From an uncultured Candidatus Binatia bacterium (GTDB taxonomy: Bacteria; Desulfobacterota; Binatia; UBA9968; CAXXLF01): a stretch of 64,000 nucleotides of DNA. Where the stretch lies: positions 2,336,001-2,400,000 of the forward strand of contig OZ244621.1 in NCBI GenBank assembly GCA_965218425.1, given 5' to 3'. Shown piece after piece: positions 53,928-64,000 of the stretch; within the stretch, counting starts at the first letter, position 1, and each line of letters opens with the position of its first letter. Below the pieces are notes generated by a model. The model was not told the DNA's origin and did no database searches. It saw only the letters and a program-made list of their open reading frames with translations. A program made the position numbers and the translations under genes.

Positions 53928-55007
53928 CTAGGATCCTAGTCGATAGAACCGTTCGGCGTTGCCGTGGAGAACGGCGTGCTTGTCTTCCTGGGTCATCTGC
54001 TCATGATCGGCAATTTCTTTTATCTCCCCCCGGCAGTACTCGTTGTTTACCTCATGAGGGAAATCACTGGAGAACATGAAGGGCTTGTTGCCCAATTCCT
54101 TAATAGCGTAGTGTAGAGTCGGTTCCGTTCCCTCGCAACCGACGAACAGTCTACCTTCCTCAATGTGCCGTTTAATATAATCGCTAACTTTTTCGCCGGA
54201 CTTGAGTTGGATGAACTCACTCCGGGGGTCATAGGCGATATGGGTCTCCCACCCGCGGTCAAAACGCTCGATGCAGGTTTGAAGCCAAGAGACTCCACCC
54301 TCCATGAAGCCAATGCGCGCATTGGGGTGCTTATCGAAGATCCCGTTAAACACGATGCCGGCAAAGGCGACCATGAGACCAAAGGGATGCCCCAAGCCGT
54401 TGATAGGAGCGTAAGGAGTCAGATAGTCCATTCCCAACCCTTCATGGGCTCCTCCATGGATGGCCAGACAGCAACCCAGGCGATGGGCTTCCTCATAGAT
54501 GGGCCAATACTCCTTGCCGCCGAGGTGTCCCGTGTGGCCTGTGGAGGCGAGCATGGCGCCACAAAAACCCAATTTTTCCACGATGCGCCGTAACTCCTTG
54601 ACTGCTTCAGCAGGTTCTTGGAGCGGGATCAATCCGAGTCCCTGGAACCGAGGGCTCTTTTTCAGGTAAGTGGCGTGGAACCAGTCGTTATAGGCCCTGG
54701 CTGCGTCGATGGCAAAGTCCCGGTTGATGATCTTGCCAAAGGCGAGACCGCCCGTTGTGTACAGAACGGCCCTCTCGATACCAACGTCTTTCATGAATTC
54801 CATCCATCCATCAGCATTGACTTGCTTAAAGGCACCAGGGACGAGCTGATGAAGATTGGCGGAATGGAGGTGATCGAGGGGAGGGAAGATCCGTCCCTTA
54901 AACCGTCCACTTTTCCTGTAAGGTTCGGGCATGAACTCCATTAGGGAATCCCAGTCTTCCATTACATGTCCGTCGGCGTCCACCACGTCGATATTGTTCA
55001 GCGTCAT
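53928..55007 (-). CDS. Amidohydrolase_2 family protein (decarboxylase/hydratase-like)
   Basis: VDADGHV, RAYNDW, AVKELRR, AIHG, FMEGGVSW, FSSDFPH, NAERFY. Confidence 0.88.
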   Translation of the reverse strand: MTLNNIDVVDADGHVMEDWDSLMEFMPEPYRKSGRFKGRIFPPLDHLHSANLHQLVPGAFKQVNADGWMEFMKDVGIERAVLYTTGGLAFGKIINRDFAIDAARAYNDWFHATYLKKSPRFQGLGLIPLQEPAEAVKELRRIVEKLGFCGAMLASTGHTGHLGGKEYWPIYEEAHRLGCCLAIHGGAHEGLGMDYLTPYAPINGLGHPFGLMVAFAGIVFNGIFDKHPNARIGFMEGGVSWLQTCIERFDRGWETHIAYDPRSEFIQLKSGEKVSDYIKRHIEEGRLFVGCEGTEPTLHYAIKELGNKPFMFSSDFPHEVNNEYCRGEIKEIADHEQMTQEDKHAVLHGNAERFYRLGS

Positions 55008-55094
55008 ACTCAATCCTCCCTTTTCAAAATGAAATTGTCATTTAATGGTCTATTCCAATTCCCGTGGCTGTATTCTTGCAACCTTTTAGGGCGG

Positions 55095-56093
55095 TTAAAG
55101 CCCCCCAGCCGGTATCCGTTTATATGTGCCCGTTTTCAGAAATGCAATGTATTCGCGAAATCCCCTCTCTACGTCATACTCGGGCACATATCCGAATTGA
55201 TCCTTTGCATGGGGGTCGGGCTCCACGGGTCCGCCTTTCTCCGGAGGCTCGGCAACTTCGATTTGGGACCCCGGGATAAGTTTCATGAGGCATTCTGCGA
55301 TCTCAAACATCGTCATTTGTTCTCTTGGTGAAATCCGAAAGACCCAATCTTGCAGCTTATCTGATAGCGTTGCCAGCATGGCGGCCCGCCCAGCGTCTCT
55401 TGCATACAACATACCTGTGGGACGAAGGGAGGGTTGCGGGTCAATTGCGAGGGGAGTGGACGTTAACGCTGCTTCAAATCGGGAGATTTTAACAGTCTCA
55501 CCTCTAAGCGCAGCCTCCACGATGGGCTTGAGACCTCTACCCGAACCGCCTGAAAAATCATAGCCGGGTCCGAAGAGTTGGGAAAAGTGAAGAATTACCA
55601 CATCCATATCGTAGAGTTGCCTGTAGTCATTGCACAGGAGCTCCGTGACCAGTTTGTAGCTTGTATAGGGGTCGGCCTTAACACCTAGCTTCCCGGTTCC
55701 AACCGACTTTGCCACCTGCCCTGCGGTTAGCCGCGTCTTACCCGTGCTGACATGCACCACACGCTTCAGTTTGAGGGCCCGTGCGGTCTCCAGTACATTC
55801 AAAGTCCCCATGACCATGGTTTGAGCCGCGGCGTAGGGGCGTTCGTAAGCTGGCCCCGTGAGAAAACTCGCCGTGTGAAGAATTCGGTCAACGTCGTATT
55901 CCCGCACGGTACGCATCAATTCCGGGGCACTGGTGACATCCCCTTTAACCAGTTCGACTCGGTCAAGGGCGTCTTGGAGCAACTCGGTCTTTAGCGCAAG
56001 GTCATAGGCCACAACCCGTTCCCCCAACTCCACCGCATGACGCACTGCAAAGGAGCCACCCAAGCCACATCCGCCGGTAACTAAGACCGCCAT
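55095..56093 (-). CDS. NAD-dependent epimerase/dehydratase (extended SDR)
   Basis: VLVTGGCGLGG, GDVT, GTLNVLE, YTSYK (YxxxK); GGGAGG RBS. Confidence 0.88.
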   Translation of the reverse strand: MAVLVTGGCGLGGSFAVRHAVELGERVVAYDLALKTELLQDALDRVELVKGDVTSAPELMRTVREYDVDRILHTASFLTGPAYERPYAAAQTMVMGTLNVLETARALKLKRVVHVSTGKTRLTAGQVAKSVGTGKLGVKADPYTSYKLVTELLCNDYRQLYDMDVVILHFSQLFGPGYDFSGGSGRGLKPIVEAALRGETVKISRFEAALTSTPLAIDPQPSLRPTGMLYARDAGRAAMLATLSDKLQDWVFRISPREQMTMFEIAECLMKLIPGSQIEVAEPPEKGGPVEPDPHAKDQFGYVPEYDVERGFREYIAFLKTGTYKRIPAGGL

Positions 56094-56212
56094 AGTTTTT
56101 CTCCTCCCAGGTAAACTTCGCAGAACCACTTTTCCCGACTCGCCCCGTTGGGGGCAAGTCCGTGTCTAATGTGCTTCTACCACTGGCCTGGTTAATTTTC
56201 AATACTACTGAC

Positions 56213-56515
56213 TTACTCGGTTATGGGGCCCGATGGCTCCACTTCGGGAGGGAATTCGGACAAGGGAAAGGGTCGGTGGGGTTCGTTAAAGGTCAGGTAG
56301 CGCAGCATGCGGTATTGATAACTGAGGGCGCGATTGGCAAAAGTCCTGACCCCCTCGCTGGGAGGTTTTTTGGTAATCAACGTATAGAGCAGCTCAAAAA
56401 TGACAAGCACGGCCACGACCATTTTAACCACTTCCAGAATTATCCAGTAAAGCAGACTGAGTACGACCCGGACCCCGGTGTCTTTTCGCTCGATTTCAAT
56501 ACCTTCAAGCTCCAT
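56213..56515 (-). CDS. DUF4389 domain membrane protein
   Basis: Two TM segments, LYTLITKKP, RYLTFNEPHRPFP; GGAGGT RBS. Confidence 0.8.
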   Translation of the reverse strand: MELEGIEIERKDTGVRVVLSLLYWIILEVVKMVVAVLVIFELLYTLITKKPPSEGVRTFANRALSYQYRMLRYLTFNEPHRPFPLSEFPPEVEPSGPITE

Positions 56516-56611
56516 TTCAGACCTCCAATCTGGTTCATACAATATCCCAGGTATCGTATCTTACTTCCGTGGAAAGTTATAGTGTAAAATCAGGTGCGTT
56601 GGGAGGACTCG

Positions 56612-56640
56612 TTGACAACAAATCCTTCATTGCATAATCT
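56612..56640 (+). promoter_or_regulatory. Putative sigma70 promoter
   Basis: TTGACA-N17-TAATCT upstream of AAGGAG RBS and ATG 56660. Confidence 0.55.
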
Positions 56641-56659
56641 CGCTAATAAGGAGTTTTCA

Positions 56660-56935
56660 ATGAATTTAGCGTACCAGGACCTTAAGCAACCGTTTGTTAT
56701 CAAGCAGGTCTCGAAGAGTAAGGCCTACTGCATGTGCGGGCGTAGCAATAACCTGCCTTTTTGCGACGATTCTCATCTTGCCACCAGCATCCAGCCGAAG
56801 GTTTTGGAGTTTGACTCCCCCACGACCATTGCCATCTGCAGCTGTTGGAAATCGCAAAACCATCCCTTCTGTGACGGAACCCATGGCAAGCTCGTTGTGG
56901 AGCCGGCAGGGTCGGGTAGGGGTAACAGAGAGTAG
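56660..56935 (+). CDS. Tandem CDGSH iron-sulfur domain protein
   Basis: CMCGRSNNLPFCDDSH and CSCWKSQNHPFCDGTH. Confidence 0.9.
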   Translation: MNLAYQDLKQPFVIKQVSKSKAYCMCGRSNNLPFCDDSHLATSIQPKVLEFDSPTTIAICSCWKSQNHPFCDGTHGKLVVEPAGSGRGNRE

Positions 56936-56997
56936 GAACACACGTCTAATTGGAGCTCACAACTCAACGTCATCATTTTTTTAAGGAGGCCGGCATC

Positions 56998-57384
56998 ATG
57001 GTCGAGGTAAAAAATCCGTTCGATGAAGTGGAAGCCCATCCAGGTGTCCGAAACTTCAAGCTCTGGAATACCGATAATGCGACATTTTGGGTGATTAACT
57101 CGGATCCGCTCGTCCAGGACGACATGCACTATCACGACAATGACGATCACATCTTCATGGTTCTGGAAGGAGAGGGAGTGGTGCGTACTCCGGAGAAAGA
57201 GTTTCAGCTAAAACCCTTCGATATCATTCTCCTGACATCGAAGCAGCCCTATCAACTGTGCAATACAGGGGAAAAGAGACTCCTTCTACTGGGTGCGGGG
57301 AACCGGGGAGTGAACGGGAAACTCAGGACTCGCGTGCCCAAGAACGCGAGCCATATGCCGATAACCGAGCCCATTGTGGCCTAG
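56998..57384 (+). CDS. Cupin domain protein
   Basis: MHYHDNDDHIFMVLEGEG, YQLCNTGEK; AAGGAGG RBS. Confidence 0.85.
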   Translation: MVEVKNPFDEVEAHPGVRNFKLWNTDNATFWVINSDPLVQDDMHYHDNDDHIFMVLEGEGVVRTPEKEFQLKPFDIILLTSKQPYQLCNTGEKRLLLLGAGNRGVNGKLRTRVPKNASHMPITEPIVA

Positions 57385-57417
57385 AGGCGACAATTTGGTC
57401 GGAAATTATTTGAGGGT

Positions 57418-58626
57418 TTAACGAACTTGCCCATCCGGGAAAGCAATTCGACTGCGAATTAGCGCCCAGGAGGCTCGGGTGAGCATGTAGTTTGAACTGG
57501 CCCGCTGAAGATCCCGCTTAATCTTTAAAGCGAATTCTTCACGCTTGTGGCCCAGGCTTTTCTTCATAGACCTGTATTCCTGCTTGAGTTCCCGCCACCT
57601 CCCGTAGGCTGACAGCAGCGCTTCGTGGGTATTGTGAATTTTCTGCTTCATTCGCTCACTGAATTCGTGGGAAAGCCCTACCAGCTTTTGCTCCGCCTGG
57701 GCTCGTTGGATGTCAAGGCGGGCCCGAAAGATATGCAGATCCGAGGCCCTGCGTAGGCCTTTTGCGAGACGCAGTGTCTCAAGGGATTTAATAAGCCATT
57801 TGGTTGGATCGAACTGAAACCAGCGGATGCCGTTACGGTAATCGTATTGAAAGCGGTGATGGAAATTATGGTAACCCTCGCCGCAGGTTAGAATCGCCAC
57901 AATGGCGCTGTCCCTCGACGAGTCGTTTTGGGAATAGGGCTGCTTACCGATATAGTGACAAAGCGAATTAATGAGGAAGGTTGAATGATGCACGATTACC
58001 GTACGGGCTACCCCCGCTAAGAGAAGGCAGCCTATTGCATTGCCTAAATAATATCCAATCAATAGAGGCAACCCTGCTCCCACAGTGATCGCTATGGGTA
58101 AGTAATACTTATCCTGCCAAGCCACCAAAAGGTCTTCCTTTAGGTCGCGTGTGATATCAAAGGGAGTATTCTCGATTTTCTTAAAGAAAACGGGATCTTT
58201 AAAAAAGACCCAGCCTATATGGGCGTGGAAAAATCCTCTGCGGATATTGTAGGGGTCTCCCTCCCGATCCACAAATCGGTGATGATTGCGATGATCGGAT
58301 ACCCACTGCAGTGCAGAGTTCTCGCACGCCGCCGCTCCAAAAAGGAGGTAGAAGAGTTTAACCATGCTGTTGGCTTCATAAGAGCGGTGGGCGAACAGAC
58401 GATGATAGCCGCCTGTAACGGACAACCCGGTGGCAGCCAGATAAAAGACGAACACGCCAACCAGAGACCAGGAGGTCCCGAAGTAGTAGATATGGAACGG
58501 CAAACCCACCAGAGCAATCAAAGCAGTAGATGTTAGAAAGATTGTATTGACCCAGTGTATGGAAGAGGACTGGCGGGTCAGGGGATCTGGTGTCGTTATT
58601 TCGCTATTTTGCATGACTATCATCAT
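57418..58626 (-). CDS. Acyl-CoA (delta-9 type) fatty acid desaturase
   Basis: His boxes HRLFAH, HRNHH, GEGYHNFHH; DPTKWLI; helical C-terminal extension. Confidence 0.92.
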   Translation of the reverse strand: MMIVMQNSEITTPDPLTRQSSSIHWVNTIFLTSTALIALVGLPFHIYYFGTSWSLVGVFVFYLAATGLSVTGGYHRLFAHRSYEANSMVKLFYLLFGAAACENSALQWVSDHRNHHRFVDREGDPYNIRRGFFHAHIGWVFFKDPVFFKKIENTPFDITRDLKEDLLVAWQDKYYLPIAITVGAGLPLLIGYYLGNAIGCLLLAGVARTVIVHHSTFLINSLCHYIGKQPYSQNDSSRDSAIVAILTCGEGYHNFHHRFQYDYRNGIRWFQFDPTKWLIKSLETLRLAKGLRRASDLHIFRARLDIQRAQAEQKLVGLSHEFSERMKQKIHNTHEALLSAYGRWRELKQEYRSMKKSLGHKREEFALKIKRDLQRASSNYMLTRASWALIRSRIAFPDGQVR

Positions 58627-58969
58627 ACCATATTAATATATGAACTGGTACCCATTGAAGGCTGCTCCTTTGATATCAGGCATATCGGACCCTGCTCATC
58701 GCTAGGGACCCACCTCGCTAAAGTGGCTAAGGATTTCTCGCCCAACTAGATCTTACCAAAGACGCTGGTCTGCAAAGGCCCGTGATGACGCAGTCTGGAG
58801 GTAGGGCACGAATTCCACGGCACGACGGTCGTCCTGAAAACAGAAGTACGTAACAACCTTCCAAAAAAGGGAAAAAGAGGTCAAGATGACCCTTGCCCTT
58901 GCTTTGACACGGGCATTCGAATGTGAAAAGAGCCGGGATGGAGTACGACTTCAGACGCGGGAGGTTCAA

Positions 58970-59605
58970 ATGATCGAGCTGACACCGAGTGGCATCGAAG
59001 ATTATGCAATGCGCCATACCACCCCATTATCCGAAATCCATGAGCGATTGTGGCGCGAGACCCACGACAAGACAACCCGGCCGCAAATGATGGTTGGGCC
59101 CCTGGAGGGGGCGTTGCTCAGGTTTCTAGCGCGGCTAACCGTGGCACGTAGGATTCTAGAGATCGGGATGTTCACGGGATACAGCAGCCTGGCATGGGCG
59201 GAGGCCCTTCCGCCCGACGGTCAACTGATCACCCTGGATGTCAATCCAGAGACGGCCGAGATCGCAAAGCGCTACTTCCGAGAAAGTCCGCACGGAAAAA
59301 AGATCGACCTGAGGCTTGGACCGGCCTTGGATTCCCTAAAGACCCTGCGGGGACCTTTCGACCTGTGCTTTATCGATGCAGATAAGACCGAATACTCCGA
59401 TTATTACGAAATCTGCATCGGGCTCGTACGTCAGGGGGGATTGATCGTGCTGGATAACATGGTGCAGCGGGGCCAGGTACTCGACCCAAACGACGACAGA
59501 AGCCGTGAAATTAGAGTTCTGAACCGCCGTATCCTGGATGATCCCAGGGTCGAGAACGTCCTGCTTCCGTTGCGCGATGGAATCATGCTGGTCTACAAAC
59601 TTTAG
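58970..59605 (+). CDS. SAM-dependent O-methyltransferase (family 3)
   Basis: ILEIGMFTGYS, FDLCFIDADK, GGLIVLDN, LPLRDGI; GGGAGG RBS. Confidence 0.92.
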   Translation: MIELTPSGIEDYAMRHTTPLSEIHERLWRETHDKTTRPQMMVGPLEGALLRFLARLTVARRILEIGMFTGYSSLAWAEALPPDGQLITLDVNPETAEIAKRYFRESPHGKKIDLRLGPALDSLKTLRGPFDLCFIDADKTEYSDYYEICIGLVRQGGLIVLDNMVQRGQVLDPNDDRSREIRVLNRRILDDPRVENVLLPLRDGIMLVYKL

Positions 59606-59752
59606 GGGGTCGGAGAGGGGGAGTGGGGCTTTGACTGGTTGCTCAGTGCGGCGGCGGAACAATGGATCGGTAGAGCAGTGGTTCGCATTGTCGCCTCCCC
59701 CGCTCCACTTCTCCATTGCGCCAATGCTCTAAAATTTTGCTTGGCAAAATTT

Positions 59753-59828
<76 letters not shown>

Positions 59829-59925
59829 ACTCGTAACCTTCACGATGCAAAAAAGATCATTGAAAGTCAAATAGCCGGACAGGACTGGGTACGCGTGCTG
59901 AAGCAAAAGTACCAAAACGTCAATT

Positions 59926-61620
59926 CTAGGCGCCCTTCAGCATCTCTTCCGCGTGCCGTTTGGTTTGTTCGGTGATCTTGATTCCCCCTAGCATCCGGGC
60001 AATCTCATGAACCTTTTCCCTCTGCGCCAGTTTCCTCACTTTGGTGAAGGTTCGACCCTTGGCCACCTCTTTTTCCACCGCGAAATGAGAGTTTGCCAGG
60101 GCTGCCACCTGTGGGAGGTGAGTTACGCAGATCACTTGATGGGTTTCGGCAACTTTTTTAAGTTTGTTCCCCACCATCTCGGCAACTCTCCCACCAATAC
60201 CTGCGTCCACCTCATCGAAAAGGAGAGTTGGGATCTCCCCTTTAGTCAACACCAATGATTTTACGGCCAACATGACCCGTGAGAGTTCTCCTCCCGAGGC
60301 AATCTTGGCCAAGGGTTTGACGTCCTCGCCAGGATTGGGAGCGAAGTAGAGCTCAACCTGATCGATGCCCTCTTCCGTTAGCGTTTTTCCATCCATGGAG
60401 AAGGGAGACTCTTCCCTATCCTCTTTTCCGTCCAAGAAGCGAACCTCAAACTGGGTGCGGCTCATACCTAGACCATCGGTCTCTTTTTGGAGATCCTTGC
60501 TCAAGTTTTTTGCAACACGTTTTCGTTGCGCCGACAGGGCTTCGGCTTCCCCCCACGCTACCCGCCGGTTCATTTCAAGGGTGTGCTCAAGGTCCGCGAT
60601 CCCCTCTTCGCCCTGGCCTAAAGCGGCAAGCTCTGCTTCCGCTTTCTCACCGAGGCTGATAATGTCTTCTATGGATCCGTTGTATTTTCGCTTTAGACGG
60701 TTCAGCTCAGCAAGGCGATCGTCCAATCGTTCCAGTGACTGGGGGTCAAATTCCACGCGACTCTTGTAGCCCCGGAGTTTCGAGGTTGCCTCCTCCAATT
60801 GAGCAAGGGCTGAATTGAGCAGTTCCACCGTCTCGGTAAGGGACGGATCAATGGCCGCTAACTCCTGTAAGCGAGACAGGACTCTTCCCAGCCTGCTCAC
60901 CACGGAGTCTTCCGCTTCGTAAAGGATCTCTTCTCCCTCCTGGCAGCCCGTGTAGAGTCTCTCCGCGTGGTTGAGGATATTCTTCTTTGCCTGGAGCTCC
61001 TCTGCTTCACCCGTCCGCAATGACGCCCGTGAAATCTCTTCCACCTGCTCTCTCAGGAGCGTCTCCTCTTGCAACTGTCTCTCCAGGGCATCCTTTGCCC
61101 GTGTCAGTCGGTCCCAGACACTCCGGAATTCTTGGAATCCCTTTTTCATCTCTGCGGCTTTATCCTCCAGGCCTCCATAGGCGTCGAGTAGTAGGAGATG
61201 ACTTTCAGGATTCAGCAGGCCGTGATGCTCGTGCTGACCGTAGATGTGAATGAGGCAACTGCCCAATTCAGACAGAAGGCTTAGGGCGCTAAGGCTTCCG
61301 TTTAAGTAGATGCGGTTTTTTCCCGATCGGCTGATAATCCTTTTGACGATCAGTTCACCTTCACTGGCGTAATCCGCTTCTTGGAGTTTGTCATCTAGCG
61401 GCTGAGGCAGGGAATCGAAAAGAGCCTCCACCGTGGCTTCCTCCTCCCCCTGGCGAATGATGTCCGAAGAGATCCTCCCTCCGAGGATGAGACCTAGGGC
61501 GTTCAAGACGATGGTCTTTCCCGCGCCCGTCTCTCCGGTCAATACGTTCAGCCCAGGACCCAACTCCAATGTGACCTGGTCAATGATTGCGAAGTTCTTG
61601 ATGCGTAGCTCTCGCAGCAT
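59926..61620 (-). CDS. recN: DNA repair protein RecN
   Basis: LRIKNFAII, LTGETGAGKT, GQHEH, ASGGELSR, FDEVDAGIGG, VTHLPQVAA. Confidence 0.97.
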   Translation of the reverse strand: MLRELRIKNFAIIDQVTLELGPGLNVLTGETGAGKTIVLNALGLILGGRISSDIIRQGEEEATVEALFDSLPQPLDDKLQEADYASEGELIVKRIISRSGKNRIYLNGSLSALSLLSELGSCLIHIYGQHEHHGLLNPESHLLLLDAYGGLEDKAAEMKKGFQEFRSVWDRLTRAKDALERQLQEETLLREQVEEISRASLRTGEAEELQAKKNILNHAERLYTGCQEGEEILYEAEDSVVSRLGRVLSRLQELAAIDPSLTETVELLNSALAQLEEATSKLRGYKSRVEFDPQSLERLDDRLAELNRLKRKYNGSIEDIISLGEKAEAELAALGQGEEGIADLEHTLEMNRRVAWGEAEALSAQRKRVAKNLSKDLQKETDGLGMSRTQFEVRFLDGKEDREESPFSMDGKTLTEEGIDQVELYFAPNPGEDVKPLAKIASGGELSRVMLAVKSLVLTKGEIPTLLFDEVDAGIGGRVAEMVGNKLKKVAETHQVICVTHLPQVAALANSHFAVEKEVAKGRTFTKVRKLAQREKVHEIARMLGGIKITEQTKRHAEEMLKGA

Positions 61621-61638
61621 CTTCAAATAAAGCGTTTC

Positions 61639-62490
61639 TTATCTTTCGCCCCACTTTAGTCTGTTCCTCAGGATGTCAAAGTAGCCACGGGTGGGGGTCT
61701 CAACCAGGGAAACCGGCACTCCAAAATCCCGAGCTTCCACAACATCGCCGTCAGTCAATAGCATGGCTTGCAGCCCGTCCGGGCTCAAAAATACGGTGTC
61801 CTCACCTGAGCGCAAGGTAACGCGGACGGTGGATTTGTTGGAGATCACAATTGGGCGATTGGTAAGCATGTGAGGGCAAATGGGTGAAAGGATGATGGCT
61901 CCTAGGGACGGGTAGAGAATAGGTCCTCCCGCCGCCATGGAATATGCCGTGGATCCTGTTGGAGTGGAGATAACTAGACCATCGGCCCTATAGGTGCAAA
62001 GATAATCCTTTCCCACGTAGGTCTCCAAGCCAATGATCTTCGAGCGTGCCCCTTTAGTGATGACCCCGTCATTGAGCACGCGAAATTTTTGCGGTTTTGC
62101 CTTCTTGCTGTAGACGCGAAGCTCCAGAGTCATTCTTTTCTGTACAGAGAAATTCCCCTTCAAGGTATTCTCAAGCACGGATTCCAACTCGTCGGCGGCA
62201 ATTTCCGTGATAAAACCCAACCCCCCCAGGTTTACGCCCATAATCGGGACCTCGGGTCTTTCCACGAGTCGTGCGATGCTGAGAAAAGTCCCGTCTCCAC
62301 CAAGAACCAGGATCAAATCGGCTGATTTGGCCATGGTCTGTTTTTCGGAGGCCTTTCCGCCGGATTCGGTGAAGCCCGGTTCCACCAGGACCTGCTTCCC
62401 TTGTTTCTTGAGCCAGGGAATGAGCCACTTTGCGATTTCCACCGCCTTCGGCTCTCCATGCTTGGCCACCAATCCTACGGTCTTGATCAT
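61639..62490 (-). CDS. nadK: NAD+ kinase
   Basis: LGGDGTFL, GVNLGGLGF, LND, DGLVISTPTGSTAY, PICPH. Confidence 0.95.
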   Translation of the reverse strand: MIKTVGLVAKHGEPKAVEIAKWLIPWLKKQGKQVLVEPGFTESGGKASEKQTMAKSADLILVLGGDGTFLSIARLVERPEVPIMGVNLGGLGFITEIAADELESVLENTLKGNFSVQKRMTLELRVYSKKAKPQKFRVLNDGVITKGARSKIIGLETYVGKDYLCTYRADGLVISTPTGSTAYSMAAGGPILYPSLGAIILSPICPHMLTNRPIVISNKSTVRVTLRSGEDTVFLSPDGLQAMLLTDGDVVEARDFGVPVSLVETPTRGYFDILRNRLKWGER

Positions 62491-62640
62491 TGACTCCCTT
62501 TCCCTCCAGCCGGACATTAGCATACCGGGAGAAAGGAAGTCCATGGAGCCAGCGGAAATTAGGGTACCTACCTACCCTCGACTTCCCCCCTCATTATTCG
62601 TATACAAAAGCAAAGCTCTAAGCAGGGGGGGAGAGAAGAA

Positions 62641-63285
62641 TTGGACAGCAAAGAGTTGTTGGCAATCATTCATAATCGGCGCAGTGTCAGGGTCTACAAG
62701 ACCGGCAAGGTGACGGAGCAACAATTGGAAACAATCCTGGAAGCCGCCCGTTGGTCTCCTTCAGGTGCCAACACGCAGCCATGGGAGCTCGTGATAACCC
62801 GTGACCGGGAAAAGATGAAGAAAGTGCGTCAGATCTATTCCAACGAATGGAAGCAACGGAAACTGGAAGATCCAGTCCATTACAAAGGGCTAAAAAAGGA
62901 CTACGTGGGAGACGTGAGTGTCTTGGTGTTGGTCTGTGGAGACCCGCGGACCATGGGGGTCTATCTTACCACGCGCCAACCGGGGGACCGGGAAAAGCTC
63001 TTTCAGGCCAGCGTGGCAAACGCCGTGGAGCACTTGATGCTTATGGCGGCAAGCATGGGTTTGGGGACGGTTTGGGTCTCGGTTCGCCAGGAGGTGGAGG
63101 CAGACCTGAGAAAGCTGTTTAACGTACCAGAGCCCCTTCGACTCCTCTGGGTGGTTCCCGTTGGTCACCCACGCGTTTTTCCCAGAGCCAGACCGAGACG
63201 GGAACTATCGGCCTTTGTGCACCGGGAAGGTTACGATCCTAAGAAGCTACGCAACGAACGGGACATCCGAGCCTGGCCCAAGTGA
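62641..63285 (+). CDS. Nitroreductase family protein
   Basis: RRSVRVY, AARWSPSGANTQPWE, AASMGLGTVW, VPVGHP. Confidence 0.9.
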   Translation: MDSKELLAIIHNRRSVRVYKTGKVTEQQLETILEAARWSPSGANTQPWELVITRDREKMKKVRQIYSNEWKQRKLEDPVHYKGLKKDYVGDVSVLVLVCGDPRTMGVYLTTRQPGDREKLFQASVANAVEHLMLMAASMGLGTVWVSVRQEVEADLRKLFNVPEPLRLLWVVPVGHPRVFPRARPRRELSAFVHREGYDPKKLRNERDIRAWPK

Positions 63286-63634
63286 CCCCTAGACTAGAAG
63301 ATGCGAAGCTTATTGCCCGCGCCCTGAATACTTGCGCCCCCAGGAGAGTGAGGGCTCAGGGGCCCGCCCCTCAGCGGGAGCCGATGGGTCTATGCCTTGA
63401 GGCCCTGTCATTTGATTCGGCGGGTCAGGCTGGCATGCGCCTAAAGTATCGGACGTCTCCCTTTCTTCGGTACAAGCCCCTTCACCCACCACAATCTACG
63501 ACGAAGGGGAGCGAAGCAAGACCCCGAAGCCCTAAGGTAACGGTGATGGAGAATGTGCGAACTTCATTCTCCCTAGTCGAAAAGGCCGACGAGACATTTC
63601 GCACCACACTTTCTGAAGGAGAGCCAACCATCCG

Positions 63635-63664
63635 TTGACACCGCATAGGTTGAGGAGCTATAGT
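63635..63664 (+). promoter_or_regulatory. Putative sigma70 promoter for kdsB
   Basis: TTGACA-N18-TATAGT. Confidence 0.5.
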
Positions 63665-63670
63665 GAAAAT

Positions 63671-63706
63671 CCGTAATGACCCGGCGGGGACATTACGGTT
63701 TTTTTA
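63671..63706 (+). terminator. Intrinsic terminator-like hairpin
   Basis: CCGTAATG.CCC / GGG.CATTACGG followed by a T-run. Confidence 0.6.
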
Positions 63707-63779
63707 TTGTGACCATGAGACAACTGGACATTGAGTATTGCCTAGATCGGGTCTCCACCCTTAGGAACCGAATCTGGTG

Positions 63780-64000
63780 ATGACCGTTGTCGCAATCATT
63801 CCGGCCCGATACGGCTCCACACGTTTCCCTGGAAAACCCTTGGCAACCATCGGCGGCAAGCCCATGGTGCAGCATGTCTATGAAAGCGCCTCTAGGCCCC
63901 GGGGTCTGGACCAGGTCTTGGTGGCCACGGATGACCGTCGAATCCTGGAAACGGTTAGGGGCTTTGGTGGGGAGGCGGTGCTCACAGCCATTGATCACGC
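63780..64000 (+). CDS. kdsB: 3-deoxy-manno-octulosonate cytidylyltransferase (partial)
   Basis: Not in the ORF track; manual translation [45 protein letters not shown]. Confidence 0.93.
   Translation, partial: MTVVAIIPARYGSTRFPGKPLATIGGKPMVQHVYESASRPRGLDQVLVATDDRRILETVRGFGGEAVLTAIDH

Noticed and set aside
63693..63998. Minus-strand 101-aa ORF
   Set aside because: Antisense shadow of kdsB

Overview
Bacterial chromosomal segment. Gene style and content (TctC/Bug-like receptor, stand-alone NMT1/THI5-like binding proteins, several amidohydrolases, the rpmE-prfA-prmC-murA-his run) suggest a deltaproteobacterial, possibly Binatia-like, organism; this is an inference. Core genes: rpmE, prfA, prmC, murA, hisD, hisB, hisH, hisA, with hisF displaced about 9 kb by an accessory insert; also tRNA-Ala(GGC), recN, nadK and the start of kdsB. 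Accessory blocks: (i) 1.6-10.5 kb: binding proteins, an ornithine-cyclodeaminase-like enzyme, an NTT-like transporter paired with a Tat-signal aldo-keto reductase, and a Usp; (ii) 18-29.7 kb: an ion/osmotic block (SLC13-TrkA_C, SLC12-like, MscS, CMK-like-BON, pyk) with decayed DHH and YbbR genes; (iii) 29.7-41.4 kb: an oxidative pentose phosphate/upper glycolysis cluster (zwf, orphan atpC, sthA, tal-pgi, rpiA, gnd, pgl, fbaB, glk); (iv) 41.6-59.6 kb: aromatic-catabolism-like and miscellaneous genes. About eight gene remnants, a MITE-like element, dispersed short periodic repeats and a candidate structured 5' leader are present. I saw no CRISPR array, rRNA, integrase, transposase or phage genes. 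All family calls come from motif recognition by eye, not database searches.
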